Shown in pieces: positions 60,909-64,000 of a stretch of 64,000 bases of DNA (its first letter is position 1; every line of letters starts with the position of its first letter). Under the pieces are notes generated by a model. The model saw only the letters and a program-made list of their open reading frames with translations, was not told where the DNA came from and searched no databases. Both the position numbers and the translations under genes were made by a program. The stretch is from the NCBI GenBank assembly GCA_043814095.1, contig JBDRKI010000099.1, positions 12,342-76,341 on the forward strand, read 5' to 3'. The stretch comes from Armatimonadota bacterium (GTDB lineage Bacteria > Vulcanimicrobiota > JACPDS01 > JBDRKI01).

Positions 60909-61805
60909 TTATTGTACATTCTGTCTGTCATAATAAAGGCCTGACAGCTTCATGATTTCTATGACCGGCCTTGATTTGCCGCGGGTCATTATATGCACCC
61001 CGGCGCATTTATTTCTTATCTTCTCTATAATCTTTGAAGTCTGCTCTATGCCCTTATGAAGAGGGTTCTCGGCTTCTTCAAGTTCTTTTAAAATAGTATC
61101 CGGGATTACTATGCCGGGGATATTTTCCCTCATAAATTTAGCCATTTTAAGTGATTCTATGGGCATAATTCCAGCAATTATTTTTACACCGGAAGAAATC
61201 TGCTTTGCCCTGTCCATAAATTCAATGAACACATCGGCATCATAAACCGTCTGTGTCTGGAAGAACGCGGCGCCCTGTTCTATCTTTTTCTTCATTTTTA
61301 TAAGCTCTATATCCAGCGATGTGCTGAAAGGGTTAACCGCCGCCCCTGAGAAAAAGTGCGTTGAACCGGTAAGCTTATTGCCCGCGTCGTCAATTCCGTT
61401 ATTTAGCCCCCTGATAATCGCCAGAAGCTGTACCGAATCTATGTCAAAAACGCTTTTCGCTCCTTTATGGTCTCCGAAAGAAGGATGATCTCCCGTAAGA
61501 GCAAGCACGTTTCTTATCCCGAGCCAGTGCGCTCCTAAAAGATCGGACTGCAGGGCAAGCCTGTTCCTGTCCCTGCATGTTAACTGGAGTATAGGTTCTA
61601 TACCGAAATCAACAAGCACATGCGACAGGGCTATAGGAGAAGCTCTCATGATAGATCTCTGGTTATCGGTAACATTAATGGCGTCAACAACGCCGTGAAG
61701 GCGGTCAACCTTATCCCTTATATAGCTTGTGTCAGTGCCCTTGCTCGGAGCAAGCTCCGTTGTTATGACAAACTGACCTGATTTTATCTTCTGTTTGAAA
61801 TCCAT
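60909..61805 (-). CDS. metF: Methylenetetrahydrofolate reductase
   Basis: 298 aa TIM-barrel MetF family. It is co-transcribed with a MetV-type partner upstream. Confidence 0.65.
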   Translation of the reverse strand: MDFKQKIKSGQFVITTELAPSKGTDTSYIRDKVDRLHGVVDAINVTDNQRSIMRASPIALSHVLVDFGIEPILQLTCRDRNRLALQSDLLGAHWLGIRNVLALTGDHPSFGDHKGAKSVFDIDSVQLLAIIRGLNNGIDDAGNKLTGSTHFFSGAAVNPFSTSLDIELIKMKKKIEQGAAFFQTQTVYDADVFIEFMDRAKQISSGVKIIAGIMPIESLKMAKFMRENIPGIVIPDTILKELEEAENPLHKGIEQTSKIIEKIRNKCAGVHIMTRGKSRPVIEIMKLSGLYYDRQNVQ

Positions 61806-61807
61806 AA

Positions 61808-62458
61808 TTAACCCTTGTCTCTTTTTGCCTTAAGCGCCTGCGGTTTTATTGAACTGTGATAATTTTTAGGACCCCAGTATTCATTGATATTTTCAAGCTT
61901 GCCTGCTTTTTTAAGCGCCTCATAAATCATTGCCCACGCGCAGTCCCTGTCGGAATTAACTTCGCATTTTCCGTCAACCGAACCCCCGCACGGCCCGTTA
62001 AGAAGCCCTTTGGCGCATCTTGTAACGGGACATATCCCGCATGTTTTATCAAGCACGCATTCCCCGCACATACTGCATCTTTCGTCATAATCGCCGAGTC
62101 TTTTAATTACTCCCAGAAATAACGAATCAAGCGCGGGTATAACTCTTTTATCAATAAGATCGCTAACCGAAGATGTGCCGCTGCCGCAGCACATTGTAAG
62201 GATGCAGTCAACTTTATCAAGGTTAACCTTGGCAAATTCTTTCTTAACAATTCTTTCGTCGCAGGGCACTTCAAGAACTTTGTAATAAACAATTTTTTTG
62301 CCCATTCCCTCAAGCTTTTCCTTCATCTGCGCGACCTGGTCTTCGCCGCCTGTCTGGCAGCTGGTAGCGCATCTTCCGCATCCCACTATGGCAATATTAT
62401 TATAGTCTTTTAAATTGTCTTCTATAACCTTAAAATCTTTAAACTTAGTAATAATCAT
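61808..62458 (-). CDS. metV: MetV-type Cys-rich protein (methylene-THF reductase C-terminal-domain family, MetF partner)
   Basis: Multiple Cys clusters (GCGRCATSC; CSMCGECVLDKTCGICPVTRCAKGLLNGPCGG). The gene is directly upstream of and overlapping metF. Confidence 0.6.
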   Translation of the reverse strand: MIITKFKDFKVIEDNLKDYNNIAIVGCGRCATSCQTGGEDQVAQMKEKLEGMGKKIVYYKVLEVPCDERIVKKEFAKVNLDKVDCILTMCCGSGTSSVSDLIDKRVIPALDSLFLGVIKRLGDYDERCSMCGECVLDKTCGICPVTRCAKGLLNGPCGGSVDGKCEVNSDRDCAWAMIYEALKKAGKLENINEYWGPKNYHSSIKPQALKAKRDKG

Positions 62459-62489
62459 AATATACCCGCTTAAAATATATTAACATATT

Positions 62490-62576
62490 TGGTGCCGAAG
62501 CCCGGAATCGAACCGGGATGGAGTTGCCCCCACCGGTTTTTGAGACCGGCGCGTCTACCAATTCCGCCACTTCGGC
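62490..62576 (-). tRNA. tRNA-Leu (anticodon CAA), with a long variable arm
   Basis: Reverse complement: GCCGAAGTGGCGGAATTGGTAGACGCGCCGGTCTCAAAAACCGG...GGTTCGATTCCGGGCTTCGGCACCA. Anticodon loop CTCAAAA. 87 nt. Confidence 0.85.
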
Positions 62577-62647
62577 ACGCAATTCCCGTTTAAAGCAAAA
62601 TTATTATCCGTATAATACGGATAATAATTTATATAAAAATTATAATT

Positions 62648-63385
62648 TTACCTTATCCAGTTTAGCACAACCATTACGGCGGACGCAATACTTATAATCC
62701 CTATCCCCGCTATCCATAAAATACGCTTAAATGTCTTATTCCCCGACATAACAGTTTCTTTAAGATCCTGTATTATCTTGCTTTTTTCTTCTGAATCCTT
62801 TAACTGCTTAAACTTTAAATCTTCCAAAGACTGCAGAAGATCCTGCTTCTCCGCTTCGGCGGCTACCGATGATTTTAAGCTCTGCCTCATAAGCGCTTCC
62901 AGATGTTCTATCTGTTCTTTGATCTCTTTTACTTCCCCGCCGTTTTTGGAAGGCGTGGTCTGTTCAATTATTAAATTTAATCCTTCATAAACGGTCTCAA
63001 AATCATTCTTGTATTCATCCTTAAGATTCTTTATCTCGTCAAGTATACCCTTAATAATCCTTGAGGGAGTCTGGGCCTGGGTTGTTACAGCCATATCATC
63101 ACCTCTTTTTCCGGGAGATATGCCCTCCTCGGGAAGCGACAGCTCTTCCGCCTGCAGTATCCGGCGGGCTTTATCTATGGAATTTTTCTCCGACTGCACA
63201 ACATGTTTTATCCTCTTTATCATCTCTATATCATCTGTTGAATACAGTCTCTGCTTATTTTTATCCCCGCTTCTTTTCGGGCGCAGAAATTCGGTAAAAG
63301 ATTTTTCCCAGTACCTTATGGTATGGGGATTAACCCCTGTAAGCTCGCTCACTTCTTTAATTAAATAAAATATAGGACCTTCCAT
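62648..63385 (-). CDS. MerR family HTH regulator with a C-terminal coiled-coil and TM anchor
   Basis: HTH YLIKEVSELTGVNPHTIRYWEK. The C-terminus has a hydrophobic helix (ILWIAGIGIISIASAVMVVL). I prefer the ATG at 63385 to the TTG at 63397. Confidence 0.6.
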   Translation of the reverse strand: MEGPIFYLIKEVSELTGVNPHTIRYWEKSFTEFLRPKRSGDKNKQRLYSTDDIEMIKRIKHVVQSEKNSIDKARRILQAEELSLPEEGISPGKRGDDMAVTTQAQTPSRIIKGILDEIKNLKDEYKNDFETVYEGLNLIIEQTTPSKNGGEVKEIKEQIEHLEALMRQSLKSSVAAEAEKQDLLQSLEDLKFKQLKDSEEKSKIIQDLKETVMSGNKTFKRILWIAGIGIISIASAVMVVLNWIR

Positions 63386-63400
63386 ATTGCCCCGCAAATT

Positions 63401-63505
63401 CTAAAGTTTTTTTAACATTTCCTTGATCACAGGTTTAATTTTTGGAATTTCTTCTGTTACTGTTTTCCATAAAATTTCCATGTCCACGCCGCAATACCTA
63501 TCCAT
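63401..63505 (-). pseudogene. HepT (HEPN/DUF86) toxin remnant: only the C-terminal ~34 codons remain
   Basis: I translated MDRYCGVDMEILWKTVTEEIPKIKPVIKEMLKKL. It matches the HepT C-terminal consensus (HxYxxVDxExVWxxVxxDLPxLKxxIEKIL). Its start overlaps the MNT stop (TAATG). An in-frame stop lies 16 codons upstream. Confidence 0.55.
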
Positions 63506-63810
63506 TATATATACACGGCCTCCGCAAGAATGCGCTTCCCGATACCCGGCTTTAACGCTTTTTTAGAAACAAGATCAACCCTGCCGCCCAGCAGTTTGCT
63601 TAGATATTCCTCCATGTCCATAAACTCGAATAAGCCTACGGGCTCTTTAAATTCCACAAGCATATCTATATCGCTTTTTTTCGCAGGACGCCCTTTTACA
63701 TAGGAGCCAAATACCGCTATGTTTTTTACCTTAAACTGCTTTTTAAGCAGTTCTTTACAATTTAATAAAATTTGTTTTATGGTTTCTATTTTCTCCATCT
63801 TTCTAATCAC
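63505..63810 (-). CDS. mnt: MNT-type nucleotidyltransferase (Pol beta superfamily) antitoxin
   Basis: GSxxxGxxxxxSDxD motif (FGSYVKGRPAKKSDIDMLVEF), 101 aa. Confidence 0.7.
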   Translation of the reverse strand: MIRKMEKIETIKQILLNCKELLKKQFKVKNIAVFGSYVKGRPAKKSDIDMLVEFKEPVGLFEFMDMEEYLSKLLGGRVDLVSKKALKPGIGKRILAEAVYI

Positions 63811-64000
63811 CGAATTTATCGTGCTTTATTTTTCTCCAGAAGACTGAAATATTCCTTTATAATAAAATAAAAGATTCCGGCAAAATATCAAAATCTTTCA
63901 TACTGTCTAAAAATGTTAGTTAAATTTTAAAAGTGCACACTTTAAGAATTAAAAGTGCACAAGCTGTAATTCACTATTTTTAACTCTCTGGACATCTATA

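Noticed and set aside
63386-63397. TTG start of the MerR-like ORF given by the ORF track (MRGNMEGP...)
   Set aside because: An in-frame ATG four codons downstream (MEGPIFYLIKEV) immediately precedes the HTH and is more plausible. The TTG segment overlaps the HepT-remnant stop region.

Overview
This 64 kb window is a chromosomal segment from a Gram-negative (diderm) bacterium of moderate-to-low GC content. There are no integrases, transposases, CRISPR arrays or rRNA genes. Nearly all genes lie on the minus strand in long co-directional blocks.

Gene blocks, in window order:
- (i) An outer-membrane biogenesis supercluster: tamB-like, bamA, three OmpH/Skp genes, lpxD, an lpxC-fabZ fusion, a Gfo/Idh/MocA oxidoreductase, lpxA, lpxB, a GT19 (LpxB family)-methyltransferase fusion, a metallophosphoesterase and a second LpxB-like GT19 gene. 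It is followed by a beta-CASP MBL RNase-like gene and ackA, and faces a divergent PIG-L deacetylase and a partial tsaC.
- (ii) A small AT-rich islet carrying a CPBP intramembrane protease and a duplicated 3' remnant of the same gene.
- (iii) mreB, murA and a complete F1Fo ATP synthase operon (atpZ/I-B-E-F-H-A-G-D-C).
- (iv) wecB, a wecA-like gene and a degenerate GGDEF gene, then mlaDEF with an unusually long MlaD.
- (v) A lytic transglycosylase, two secreted repeat proteins and a tRNA-Met/Glu/Val cluster.
- (vi) A B12-binding radical SAM gene and a GC-rich lipoprotein gene.
- (vii) An alternative heme biosynthesis module: ahbA/B-like gene, radical SAM gene and hemB.
- (viii) Housekeeping and accessory genes: AKR, UshA-like 5'-nucleotidase, XdhC, a translin-like gene, an EF-G paralog with an upstream zinc-ribbon miniprotein, RidA, flotillin, and metV-metF.
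- (ix) tRNA-Leu, a membrane-anchored MerR-like regulator, and an MNT-type nucleotidyltransferase antitoxin whose HepT toxin partner has decayed to a 34-codon stub.

The most interesting signal is the lipid A locus. It carries three GT19 paralogs, one fused to an ICMT/LmtA-like methyltransferase domain, plus a GnnA-like oxidoreductase and a stand-alone UshA-type phosphoesterase. Together these suggest a non-canonical lipid A that may be GlcN3N-based and phosphate-methylated, as in Leptospira, made by a non-standard route. Other noteworthy items are the trans-envelope-looking MlaD, the coiled-coil-expanded Skp, the EF-G paralog with a switch II substitution, and the toxin-antitoxin remnant.
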